Assembly: GCA_045596705.1 (NCBI GenBank) | Contig: JAZOCW010000032.1 | Span: forward strand, 629-64,628 | Length of the DNA stretch: 64,000 nt | From: Acutalibacteraceae bacterium | GTDB taxonomy: Bacteria; Bacillota; Clostridia; Oscillospirales; Acutalibacteraceae | Direction: 5' to 3' | Shown here: positions 1-8,528 of the stretch, piece after piece | How the letters are laid out: the number at the start of each line of letters is the position of its first letter | Numbering within the stretch: the first letter of the stretch is position 1 | Made by a program: the position numbers and the translations under genes | The notes under the pieces: model-generated | Seen by the model: the letters and a program-made list of their open reading frames with translations, nothing else | The model's database searches: none | Told to the model about the DNA's origin: nothing

Positions 1-1555
1 AAACTGCGATTTCTTCGGTTTTGCCGTCGCAAAGGCGATATTTCTTCTCGCCGCCGAACTCAACGCAAAGCGAGTCGTTTTTATAATAAACGCGCTCAAC
101 CGCCGAGTTTTTATAGCCGTATTTCTTCCAGATGGGATAGGATGTTATGTGCTTGCCGGTGAGCCCCATCGGGTTTTGCGACATAAACACACCGAAAGCT
201 CTTGTGTAGTCCTCGAAGTTCTGAACGCCAACATATTGGCGGTCGAACTCCTCATCACCATAGGGGTAAACTTCCTTCGAGTTTTCAATATGGAGATAGT
301 TAAGCACATCGTAAGAAAGGGGCGTTTCCTCACTATCTTCATTCAAATCATAGTCGAGTTTTTCGAGCTCGCGAAGGTCTACAGAGAACATACCCGGAAC
401 GTCAAAATGGTGGTTTCCGCTGGTCATATAGAGAATGCCGTCGTGATAGTGCATTTCGGCGAGAATGTTTATTGTGCGCTCCTTGGAGCCAACAAGTCCC
501 ATGTTGCGCGGCTTTTCGCCCTTTAATATATCCCAGCGGATGAGATAGGCCGCGGTCCAGTCGTGCCACTCGGTAAGACAGCAAAGCGAATACCACAAAA
601 CGCCGTTTTCATCCGAGATAAGTCCGTAAAGCTGGTTGGGCTCGGTAAGTTCAAGTCCCTCGGGGCGACCATCGCCAACGCTTTCAAGCTTGTTTTCCTT
701 TATGTTATAGCGATAAAGGTCATATCCGTAAATAAAATGCAGATAGATATTACCATCGGCACCATCGGTTATGTAGTCAAGCTGAACGTGCCTTAGGGTC
801 GAATAGGGCTCATAATCTCTCGGGAAGAAAACTCCGAGCTCCTCGATTTCCTGCGTGTCGGTGTTTATGCGATAGAAATATCCGCTGCGGTTTGCGCTGT
901 AGATATTTCCATCAATTTTAGAAAGGTGGAGGCGGAAAGAGGCAAACTCGGTTACCTTGCCGTAGTCGGTTATCTCTCCGCTGTCAACATCATAACGATA
1001 GAGATGACCGCGGAGATAACCCGTGAAATAAAAGGCGTTGCGCTTAGGGTCGTAAACGCCGCCGTATATCGATTCGTGCGGAATCGGAACACCGCGATTT
1101 TCAAGCGCGCCCGTTTCGGGGTCGTATATCAAAATATTAGAGCCCTGATAACCTTCGAAAACGTGGTTATAAAACGGCTCGGGATACCAATAGGGGTGAA
1201 CACGTGACTGCGAGGTAGTGTGGGTGGTCATTATAAGTCTGCCGTCGTTCATTTCAGACATAGAGGTATGAATTTTGCTCGGCATAATAGCGTCCTTTGC
1301 ATAGCAAACCATCTTATCGAGCTCGAAACAGCACTTAACCTCGCCGGTTTCGTGAACATATTCGTAAAGGCCCGCCGAACGGTGAACGTAAAGTTCGGCG
1401 CATGCCGAGAAGAAGCAGCGACCCGACTTGGTAACATACATATCCCAAATAGCGTTGCGCTCATCGCTTTTATCCATAAAGCCGCAGTGAACAACGCTTT
1501 GCGGAAGGAGCTTCAGGTTCCTTTTTTCGATGGTTTTCAGCTTTGTGCATTTCAT
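1..1555 (-). CDS. hypothetical cytoplasmic protein (>=518 aa, C-terminus cut by the window edge), repeat-rich, possibly beta-propeller-like
   Basis: Absent from the supplied ORF track because it has no stop inside the window. My own minus-strand translation from ATG 1555..1553 (MKCTKLKTIEKRNLKLLPQSVVHCGF...) runs stop-free to position 2. GGAGG lies 7 nt upstream. The + strand ORFs at 149-1573 are its shadows. Confidence 0.65.
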   Translation of the reverse strand, partial: MKCTKLKTIEKRNLKLLPQSVVHCGFMDKSDERNAIWDMYVTKSGRCFFSACAELYVHRSAGLYEYVHETGEVKCCFELDKMVCYAKDAIMPSKIHTSMSEMNDGRLIMTTHTTSQSRVHPYWYPEPFYNHVFEGYQGSNILIYDPETGALENRGVPIPHESIYGGVYDPKRNAFYFTGYLRGHLYRYDVDSGEITDYGKVTEFASFRLHLSKIDGNIYSANRSGYFYRINTDTQEIEELGVFFPRDYEPYSTLRHVQLDYITDGADGNIYLHFIYGYDLYRYNIKENKLESVGDGRPEGLELTEPNQLYGLISDENGVLWYSLCCLTEWHDWTAAYLIRWDILKGEKPRNMGLVGSKERTINILAEMHYHDGILYMTSGNHHFDVPGMFSVDLRELEKLDYDLNEDSEETPLSYDVLNYLHIENSKEVYPYGDEEFDRQYVGVQNFEDYTRAFGVFMSQNPMGLTGKHITSYPIWKKYGYKNSAVERVYYKNDSLCVEFGGEKKYRLCDGKTEEIAV

Positions 1556-1588
1556 AAAGCATACCTCCGTTAGAGCATTTTCAAGCGC

Positions 1589-1617
1589 ATTATATCACGC
1601 GTTTCTCGACTTGTCAA
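1589..1617 (-). promoter_or_regulatory. sigma-A type promoter, perfect consensus TTGACA-17 nt-TATAAT
   Basis: Minus-strand TTGACA at 1617..1612, a 17-nt spacer, then TATAAT at 1594..1589. This is about 35 nt upstream of the start at 1555. Confidence 0.6.
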
Positions 1618-1682
1618 CAGCAGTTTTTCCGTCCCCGAAATTCAAAAAAAGCAGAAAGGGATTTCAGCAAAAAACAATTATT

Positions 1683-2663
1683 CTATTCCCACTCAATCGT
1701 GCCGATGGGCTTCGGAGTAAGGTCGTAAAGCACACGGTTGATACCGTCTACCTCTGCCGTGATGCGGCTTGTTATGCGATGAAGCAATTCATAAGGAATT
1801 TCTTCAATGGTAGCCGACATAGCATCAGTAGTGTTGACTGCACGGATAATTGCAGGCCAACCCTCATAACGCTTGCCATCCTTAACGCCGACACTCTTCA
1901 TATCCGGCACCGCGATAAAGTACTGCCAAACCTTTTCGGCAAGACCTGATCTATCAAATTCCTCACGCAGTATTGCATCTGCCTCACGCAAAGCGTGGAG
2001 ACGGTCGCGCGTGATGGCGCCGAGGCAACGAACGCCCAGACCCGGTCCCGGGAAGGGCTGACGGTATACCATACCGTGAGGCAGGCCCAACGCCTCGCCC
2101 ACAACGCGAACCTCGTCCTTATAAAGCAGTTTTACCGGCTCAACCAGTTCAAACTGCATATCCTCCGGCAGACCGCCGACATTGTGATGAGCCTTTACGC
2201 CGTCGCTTTCCAAAATATCGGGATAGATAGTTCCCTGTGCTAAGAATTTAATATCCTTAAGTTTACCGGCTTCTTCATCAAACACCTTAATGAACTCGCC
2301 GCCTATGATCTTGCGCTTTTTCTCCGGCTCGCTCACACCTTTAAGCAGGTCAAGGAAACGATCGGTTGCATCTATATATATCAGGTTGGCATCGAGTTCC
2401 TTGCCGAAGACCTCAATAACCTGCTCGCTTTCGCCCTTGCGCATAAGACCGTGGTTTACGTGAACACAAACAAGCTGTTTACCGATAGCCTTTATCAGCA
2501 ATGCGGCAACAACAGAGGAGTCTACACCGCCGGAAAGCGCGAGAAGCACCTTGTTTTCGCCTACCTGAGCCTTTATCTCAGCTACCTGCTCGGCGATAAA
2601 TGCGTCGGCAAGCTCTTTTGTATTGATACGTGCCATAGAATCGGGACGTTTGATATTTTCCAT
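1683..2663 (-). CDS. guaA: GMP synthase, ATP-pyrophosphatase (PP-loop) and dimerisation domains only; no glutamine amidotransferase domain
   Basis: 326 aa with the PP-loop SGGVDSSV, KRKIIG, and the canonical GuaA C-terminal end IGTIEWE. The N-terminus starts directly before the PP-loop region. Confidence 0.85.
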   Translation of the reverse strand: MENIKRPDSMARINTKELADAFIAEQVAEIKAQVGENKVLLALSGGVDSSVVAALLIKAIGKQLVCVHVNHGLMRKGESEQVIEVFGKELDANLIYIDATDRFLDLLKGVSEPEKKRKIIGGEFIKVFDEEAGKLKDIKFLAQGTIYPDILESDGVKAHHNVGGLPEDMQFELVEPVKLLYKDEVRVVGEALGLPHGMVYRQPFPGPGLGVRCLGAITRDRLHALREADAILREEFDRSGLAEKVWQYFIAVPDMKSVGVKDGKRYEGWPAIIRAVNTTDAMSATIEEIPYELLHRITSRITAEVDGINRVLYDLTPKPIGTIEWE

Positions 2664-2682
2664 TACGCTTTCCTCCCCAAGC

Positions 2683-3882
2683 TTAGTTAGTGTAGTTATC
2701 GAAATAGCCCTGAACGAGAACGACGGGGGTTCCCTTGTCGCCCGAACCGCTGGTCAGATCACACAGTGAGCCGATAAGGTCGGTCAACTGGCGAGGTGTG
2801 GTACCCTGAGCCGCCATGTTTCCTACGAGGCTGCCGTTCTTGGCGCGGATCTGATCTGAGATGGCTTTTTTAAGCTCTTCACCGCTCAGGTCTTTAAAAT
2901 CATTATCAGCAAGATACTTCAGCTTAAGCTCGTTAGGCGTACCTACAAGTCCGTCGGTAAATGCCGGAGAAACTACCGGATCGGCAAGTTCCCAAATCTT
3001 GCCCTTGGGATCCTTAAACGCACCGTCGCCGTAGACCATTACCTCTACGTGCTTGCCGGTTGCTTTAAGGACGCGCTCCTGAATGTCAAGCACAAGATCC
3101 TTACACTCACGCGGGAAAAGCTTTACCTTGTCCTCGGTCGACTTGTTAGATCCAAGCAGACCGTAGTTTTCGTTACAGCCACTGCCGTCTATCGGTGCGG
3201 TCATAATATCGTCAAGTCCGCAAACAACCTTTGCGCCTGCGGCTTTTAAAATGCGCTTGGTACGTGCGCGTGTATGGATGTCACAGGTGAGCACGCAATC
3301 GGTATAATCAAGTATTGCCTTTGCCTGATTTGCAAAGATTATCTCAACCTCTGCTCCGCAAGACTTAATAAGCTCGCCGTAATATTCTACATAGTCAACA
3401 CCGGTGAACTCATGCTTGTTCTCACCGAAAAGTTCACGGTAACGCTCCAGAGTCAGCACATCACTGTAAGGATTAATCCCCGCCTCGTCTATCTTATCAA
3501 GGCTTACAAGCTCGTTTCCTACCTCATCAGACGGATAACTCAGCATAAGGACGACCTTTTTTGCGCCCTTAGCTATGCCGCGCAGACATATAGCAAAACG
3601 GTTGCGCGAAAGGATCGGGAATATAACTCCTACAGTTTCGCCGCCAAGCTTTGCTTTTATATCAGCGGCAATATTGTCAACCGTAACATAATTTCCCTGT
3701 GCTCTCGCTACTATTGATTCGGTCAACGCTATTACATCGCGGTCATTAAGCTCGAAACCTTCGCACTCTGCCGCTTCAAGCACGCTGTCTGTAACGATTG
3801 CCGCAAGGTCATCGCCTTCACGTATGATCGGGCAACGGATACCTCTTGAAACTGTTCCTGTTCTGCGTTCTTTGACTTCCAT
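2683..3882 (-). CDS. CofE-like (F420-0:gamma-glutamyl ligase family) protein with an inserted domain
   Basis: I chose the internal start MEVKERR. PIIREGDDLAAIV...ALTESIVARAQG resembles the CofE N-terminus, and DKGTPVVLVQG resembles the CofE C-terminus. It lies 19 nt upstream of guaA on the same strand. Confidence 0.5.
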   Translation of the reverse strand: MEVKERRTGTVSRGIRCPIIREGDDLAAIVTDSVLEAAECEGFELNDRDVIALTESIVARAQGNYVTVDNIAADIKAKLGGETVGVIFPILSRNRFAICLRGIAKGAKKVVLMLSYPSDEVGNELVSLDKIDEAGINPYSDVLTLERYRELFGENKHEFTGVDYVEYYGELIKSCGAEVEIIFANQAKAILDYTDCVLTCDIHTRARTKRILKAAGAKVVCGLDDIMTAPIDGSGCNENYGLLGSNKSTEDKVKLFPRECKDLVLDIQERVLKATGKHVEVMVYGDGAFKDPKGKIWELADPVVSPAFTDGLVGTPNELKLKYLADNDFKDLSGEELKKAISDQIRAKNGSLVGNMAAQGTTPRQLTDLIGSLCDLTSGSGDKGTPVVLVQGYFDNYTN

Positions 3883-4052
3883 TGATTTTTTGTTCCCTTC
3901 ATAATAAAATATGAGAAAAATATCACTGTTTAATTCTATACGAATTTTATGCATAAATCAAGAGTTAATCCGCTCTTAACAGAAAAATTTTTACATTTTT
4001 TTGACCATATATGGAAAGATTTTACTTGATTGGTATTCTGCTCATTGTTTTA

Positions 4053-4081
4053 TTGAAAAATAATCATTTTTTCAGTATAAT
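4053..4081 (+). promoter_or_regulatory. sigma-A type promoter TTGAAA-17-TATAAT
   Basis: TTGAAA at 4053-4058 and TATAAT at 4076-4081, upstream of the antiporter gene. Confidence 0.5.
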
Positions 4082-4113
4082 AGAATATATTATTTTAGTT
4101 AGGAGGTGCCGAC

Positions 4114-5718
4114 TTGGAAACAACTGTTTTGTTAATTGCTGTAGTTATTTTAGTCTGTGTTTTATGCAACAAAATTTCGGGCAAGTTGGGTGTTCCGGTA
4201 TTACTTGCCTTTATACTGCTCGGTATGCTGTTCGGTTCGGACGGGCTATTTAAAATACCGTTCGACAACTATGATTTTGCAAACAGCATTTGTTCGGTAG
4301 CGCTTATATTCATAATGTTTTACGGCGGATTCGGCACCAAATGGAGCGCGGCACGTCCCGTTGCAGCAAAGGCATTACTGCTTTCGTCTATAGGAACGGT
4401 GTTTACCGCTGTACTAACCGCGGCATTTTGTCATTATGCTTTAAAATTTTCTTTTCTGCAAAGCATGTTACTTGGCTCGGTAATCAGCTCGACTGACGCG
4501 GCTTCGGTGTTCTCGATCCTACGTTCCAAAAAACTGGGTCTTAAGGGCGGAACCGACTCGCTGCTGGAGGTTGAAAGCGGAAGTAACGACCCGTTTTCAT
4601 ATATGCTTACTATACTTTCTCTCTCGCTTATCGAAGGCAGTGCTTCCACCGGCGGACTTATATATATGATTTTTGCACAGCTCTTCTTCGGTGCATTGTG
4701 TGGCGTTATACTGGCCGGTGCCGTACTGCTTTTGCTCCGCCGATTTCGCCTGCCCCAAAACGGATTTGATGCTGTATTTATCGTTGGCATAGCCATGCTG
4801 TCATATGCAGTGGCATCAGCATTCGGCGGCAACGGATATCTAAGCGTTTACATAACCGGGATAATACTGGGCAATGCCCATCTCGGCAGAAAGCGTTCGC
4901 TCGTTCACTTCTTTGACGGTATGACTAGTCTTATGCAAATGTTGCTTTTCTTCCTGCTCGGACTGCTGTGTTTCCCCTCTAAGCTTCCGGCAGTCGCACC
5001 GGTTGCCCTGTTTACAGCCCTGTTTTTGACCTTTGTCGCAAGGCCCCTTGCGGTATCGGTCTTGCTTGCGCCTTTAAGGTCTAACCTACGGCAGATAGCG
5101 CTTGTTTCATTTTCCGGTATGCGCGGTGCCGCTTCGATAGTTTTTGCTATTATCGCAGTATGCCATCCTGCGCAGGTTGACAACGATATATTCCATATAG
5201 TCTTTTTTATTGTCCTATTCTCTATCCTGTTTCAAGGCACCCTGTTACCACACGTTGCAAGAGGGCTGCAGATGATAGATGAGAATACCGATGTTATGAA
5301 AACCTTTACAGACTATTCTGACCGAGCGCCCGTGCAATTCATACAGTTTAAAGTGTCAGCACAACACCCATGGGCAGAAAAACACCTTCGTGAAATAGTT
5401 CTTCCGCCCGAATCTTTGCTTGTTTTGCTGATGCGAGACGGCAAACGAATTGCACCGAACGGCAATACCGTACTGCGCGAAGGCGACACTCTGGTGCTGA
5501 GCGGCCACGCAGGAGAAACCGTCGACGGGGTCAAGCTCTATGAAAAGCAAATCTGCTCAGACGATAAGTGGATAGGACTTCACCTTTCCGATATACCCAA
5601 AGACAGCGGACTGATCATAATGATACAGCGCGGCAGAAATGTACTTATACCACGCGGCAACACCGTTATAAAAGAAAACGACGTTCTGGTCATTAACGAT
5701 ACTCAGTTTGAAGATTAA
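4114..5718 (+). CDS. K+/H+ antiporter, CPA1 (NhaP2/CvrA-like) with C-terminal TrkA-C type domains
   Basis: 534 aa with a TTG start 6 nt after AGGAGGTG. The N-terminal two thirds are polytopic membrane segments. The soluble C-terminus has duplicated ...REGDTLVLSG... / ...ENDVLVIN... motifs. Confidence 0.8.
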   Translation: METTVLLIAVVILVCVLCNKISGKLGVPVLLAFILLGMLFGSDGLFKIPFDNYDFANSICSVALIFIMFYGGFGTKWSAARPVAAKALLLSSIGTVFTAVLTAAFCHYALKFSFLQSMLLGSVISSTDAASVFSILRSKKLGLKGGTDSLLEVESGSNDPFSYMLTILSLSLIEGSASTGGLIYMIFAQLFFGALCGVILAGAVLLLLRRFRLPQNGFDAVFIVGIAMLSYAVASAFGGNGYLSVYITGIILGNAHLGRKRSLVHFFDGMTSLMQMLLFFLLGLLCFPSKLPAVAPVALFTALFLTFVARPLAVSVLLAPLRSNLRQIALVSFSGMRGAASIVFAIIAVCHPAQVDNDIFHIVFFIVLFSILFQGTLLPHVARGLQMIDENTDVMKTFTDYSDRAPVQFIQFKVSAQHPWAEKHLREIVLPPESLLVLLMRDGKRIAPNGNTVLREGDTLVLSGHAGETVDGVKLYEKQICSDDKWIGLHLSDIPKDSGLIIMIQRGRNVLIPRGNTVIKENDVLVINDTQFED

Positions 5719-5736
5719 AAATAAACTCTTCTGTTT

Positions 5737-5777
5737 AAAAAGAGCCGACTCACTTTTTCTGTGAGTCGGCTCTTTTT
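5737..5777. terminator. bidirectional intrinsic terminator
   Basis: 13-bp perfect stem agagccgactcac/gtgagtcggctct, flanked by an A-run and a T-run. Confidence 0.8.
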
Positions 5778-5788
5778 CTATTAAGTCA

Positions 5789-6031
5789 TTATTTTATTTC
5801 TTGTTCCAAATTTCTAAACTCTTCAGTATCAAAAAAATCTGTTATTGTAATGTCAAGTCCATCACACAGTTTTTTGATCGTTGCAATACCCGGATTCTTA
5901 CTTTGATTATAAAATATAGATTTTACCGTTGTATATGGAACGCCCGATATGCTTGCCAGTTTACAAAAATTCATATCTTTTTGATAGCATAGTTGTTCAA
6001 ATCTTTTCTTAACCGCTTCTGTGATGTTCAT
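5789..6031 (-). CDS. XRE-family helix-turn-helix transcriptional regulator (80 aa)
   Basis: I chose the start MNITEAVKKRF, with GGAG upstream. The HTH core is ...FCKLASISGVPYTTVKSI.... The gene is AT-rich. Confidence 0.75.
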   Translation of the reverse strand: MNITEAVKKRFEQLCYQKDMNFCKLASISGVPYTTVKSIFYNQSKNPGIATIKKLCDGLDITITDFFDTEEFRNLEQEIK

Positions 6032-6035
6032 TTTT

Positions 6036-6079
6036 ATCACTCCTAACAAAATTATTTTATAATTTTTATTAGGAGTGAT
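6036..6079. promoter_or_regulatory. 11-bp perfect inverted repeat ATCACTCCTAA-N22-TTAGGAGTGAT covering the XRE gene RBS
   Basis: The arms at 6036-6046 and 6069-6079 are exact reverse complements. The left arm contains the RBS of the XRE gene. Confidence 0.5.
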
Positions 6080-6148
6080 TAGACGATATATTATACCTTA
6101 ATACTATATATAGTCTATCGAAATTTGTCATAATAAGACATTTGTAAC

Positions 6149-6189
6149 AAAAAACTGCCCAAATTGTCTTAAAAACAACTTGGGCAGTT
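6149..6189 (-). terminator. intrinsic terminator after metA
   Basis: Stem aactgcccaa/ttgggcagtt, followed on the minus strand by a T-run. Confidence 0.7.
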
Positions 6190-6190
6190 T

Positions 6191-7117
6191 CTATTCTCCT
6201 ACCTGTAAGGTTTCGATTTCGTATGGGGTGGTCTGGTAGACGTAATAATTCAACCAGTTGGAAAACAGCAGATGCGCACTTGAGCGCCAAGAGACCACCG
6301 GAGGATTGTCGGGGTTATCATCACGGTAGTAGTTTTCAGGCATCTTAATATCTATGCCCGCCGCTATATCCCTGCGATATTCGCGATCAAGCGTATAGGC
6401 ATCGTATTCCGAATGGCCCGTTATAAAGATTCGGCTGCCGCTTCTGTTTGATACGGCATATATTCCTGCCTTTTCGGATGAGGCAAGTATCTGCAGTTTT
6501 TCCACCTTTTCGATATCCTCGCGCGAAACGGTGGTGTTGCGCGAATGAGGTATCATAAACACATCGTCAAAGCCGCGGAAAAGCTGGATACGCTCGCGCT
6601 CGACCGAGTGAGCATAAACACCCGAAAGCTTTTGCGGCAGGAGTTGCTTGTTGACTCCGTAGTGATAGTAAAGTCCCGCCTGTGCACCCCAACAAATGTG
6701 TAACGTGCTGTGTACGTGGGTGCGGCTCCACTCCATTATTTCGCAAAGCTCTTCCCAATAATCGACCTCTTCAAAGCTCATCTGCTCGACCGGAGCACCC
6801 GTTATTATAAAACCGTCAAAATAACGGTTCTTTATCTCATCGAAAGTAACATAAAAGGTTTTGAGGTGTTCTGCGGCAATGTTTTTCGACTGATACGAGC
6901 TCGTATTCATAAGCGTGAGATCGACCTGAAGCGGTGAGTTTCCGAGCAGCCGGCATAGCTGGGTCTCGGTGTCGATCTTGGTCGGCATCAGGTTGAGGAC
7001 GAGTATCTTCAAAGGGCGAATATCCTGAGAAAGCGCCCTTGTTTCGGTCATTACAAAGATATTTTCATCGGTCAGCGTTTTGGTAGCCGGAAGTTCGTTT
7101 GGTATTTTTATAGGCAT
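6191..7117 (-). CDS. metA: homoserine O-acyltransferase (MetA family)
   Basis: 308 aa. [11 protein letters not shown]...[10 protein letters not shown]...[11 protein letters not shown] is characteristic of MetA. Confidence 0.9.
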   Translation of the reverse strand: MPIKIPNELPATKTLTDENIFVMTETRALSQDIRPLKILVLNLMPTKIDTETQLCRLLGNSPLQVDLTLMNTSSYQSKNIAAEHLKTFYVTFDEIKNRYFDGFIITGAPVEQMSFEEVDYWEELCEIMEWSRTHVHSTLHICWGAQAGLYYHYGVNKQLLPQKLSGVYAHSVERERIQLFRGFDDVFMIPHSRNTTVSREDIEKVEKLQILASSEKAGIYAVSNRSGSRIFITGHSEYDAYTLDREYRRDIAAGIDIKMPENYYRDDNPDNPPVVSWRSSAHLLFSNWLNYYVYQTTPYEIETLQVGE

Positions 7118-7138
7118 AAAAGCATTACATCCTAAAAC

Positions 7139-8419
7139 TTAAATTTTAGCAAGTGCCTGCTCAATATCGGCAATAAGATCTTCTGCGCCCTCGATTCCGC
7201 AGGAAAGACGGATAAGGTCGGGAGAAACGCCTGCCGCAGCAAGCTCTGCATCGCTCAACTGGCGATGAGTAGCACTTGCCGGATGCAGACAACAAGAGCG
7301 TGCGTCTGCAACGTGGGTCTCAATTGCGATAAGGCGAAGTGAGTTCATAAAGCGTTCGGCCGCTTCTCTTCCGCCCTTAACGCCGAAGCTTACAACGCCG
7401 CATCCGCCGTTAGGGAGATACTTTTGTGCAAGCTCATAGTATTTGTTGCCCTCAAGTCCTGAGTAGTTGACCCAGGCTATCTTTTCGTTACTTTCAAGAT
7501 ACTTTGCAACCGCCATCGAATTCTCGCAATGCTTCTTCATACGCAGATGCAGACTTTCAAGTCCGAGGTTCAAAAGATATGCACTCTGGGGCGACTGGGT
7601 CGAACCGAAGTCGCGCATAAGCTGTGCGGTAGCCTTAGTGATAAATGCGCCGCCAAGTCCAAAGCGCTCGGTGTATACTACGCCGTGATAACTGTCGTCG
7701 GGGGTGCAAAGGCCGGGGAATTTATCAGCGTGTGCAGTCCAGTCAAAATTACCTGAATCTACTATACAACCACCGACGGCAGAGCCGTGACCGTCCATAT
7801 ACTTGGTGGTTGAATGGGTAACTATGTCGGCGCCCCATTCAAACGGGCGGCAATTTACAGGTGTTGCAAAGGTGTTGTCTATGATAAGCGGAACACCGTT
7901 TTTATGTGCTACTCGAGCAAACTTTTCAATATCCAGCACGGTCAGTGACGGATTTGAAATAGTTTCTCCGAATACCGCCTTTGTATTCTCGCGGAATGCC
8001 GCCTGAAGCTCTTCTTCGGTGCAGTCGGGCGAGACAAAGGTAAACTCTATGCCCATCTTACGCATGGTAACATTAAAAAGATTGAAGGTACCACCATATA
8101 CCTCGGAGCTTGATACTATATGATCACCGCAGGATGCAATGTTGAATATAGAAAAGAGGTTGGCCGCTTGACCCGATGAGGTAAGCATTGCGGCAGTACC
8201 GCCCTCAAGCTCACATATCTTAGCCGCAACGGTGTCACAGGTAGGATTCTGCAAACGCGAATAAAAATATCCCGAAGCTTCAAGATCAAAAAGCTTTGCC
8301 ATTCCCTCGCTGGTTTCATATTTAAAGGTCGTGCTCTGTACTATCGGGATCTGGCGCGGTTCGCCGTTCCCCGGAGTATAGCCGCCTTGAACGCATTTGG
8401 TTTCTATAGTTCTGCTCAT
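7139..8419 (-). CDS. metY: O-acetylhomoserine sulfhydrylase (PLP-dependent Cys/Met metabolism family)
   Basis: 426 aa with QNPT, SSGQAA and HSTTKYMDGHG (PLP-lysine region). It lies 21 nt upstream of metA on the same strand. Confidence 0.9.
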   Translation of the reverse strand: MSRTIETKCVQGGYTPGNGEPRQIPIVQSTTFKYETSEGMAKLFDLEASGYFYSRLQNPTCDTVAAKICELEGGTAAMLTSSGQAANLFSIFNIASCGDHIVSSSEVYGGTFNLFNVTMRKMGIEFTFVSPDCTEEELQAAFRENTKAVFGETISNPSLTVLDIEKFARVAHKNGVPLIIDNTFATPVNCRPFEWGADIVTHSTTKYMDGHGSAVGGCIVDSGNFDWTAHADKFPGLCTPDDSYHGVVYTERFGLGGAFITKATAQLMRDFGSTQSPQSAYLLNLGLESLHLRMKKHCENSMAVAKYLESNEKIAWVNYSGLEGNKYYELAQKYLPNGGCGVVSFGVKGGREAAERFMNSLRLIAIETHVADARSCCLHPASATHRQLSDAELAAAGVSPDLIRLSCGIEGAEDLIADIEQALAKI

Positions 8420-8491
8420 ACTGTTACCTCCGTATTAAAGTTACATTTTATTTTATATCTTATATATATTAAAGTCAAGTTTTTTAAGGTA

Positions 8492-8520
8492 CAAACCCCG
8501 ACGCGTTGCGTCGGGGTTTG
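8492..8520 (-). terminator. GC-rich hairpin after the ATPase gene
   Basis: 13-bp stem caaaccccgacgc/gcgtcggggtttg. The U-tract is short. Confidence 0.55.
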
Positions 8521-8528
8521 AATAGATG

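Noticed and set aside
149-1573. Several + strand ORFs from the track (149-526, 563-796, 926-1207, 1220-1573) and the short - strand ORFs in other frames.
   Set aside because: They all lie inside one long stop-free minus-strand frame (1..1555) that has a strong RBS and promoter. Their translations are low-complexity shadows without recognisable motifs.
3883-4010. Possible purine riboswitch upstream of the CofE-like/guaA pair.
   Set aside because: The region is AT-rich with no three-way junction and none of the conserved loop sequences.
5789-6031. XRE regulator considered as the antitoxin of a toxin-antitoxin pair or as a prophage repressor.
   Set aside because: No adjacent small ORF with an RBS lies on either side. 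The neighbours are a terminator and metA.
8420-8528. Possible SAM (S-box) riboswitch upstream of metY-metA.
   Set aside because: Only ~75 nt of AT-rich sequence lies between the upstream terminator hairpin and the metY RBS. There is no four-way-junction-sized GC-structured element.
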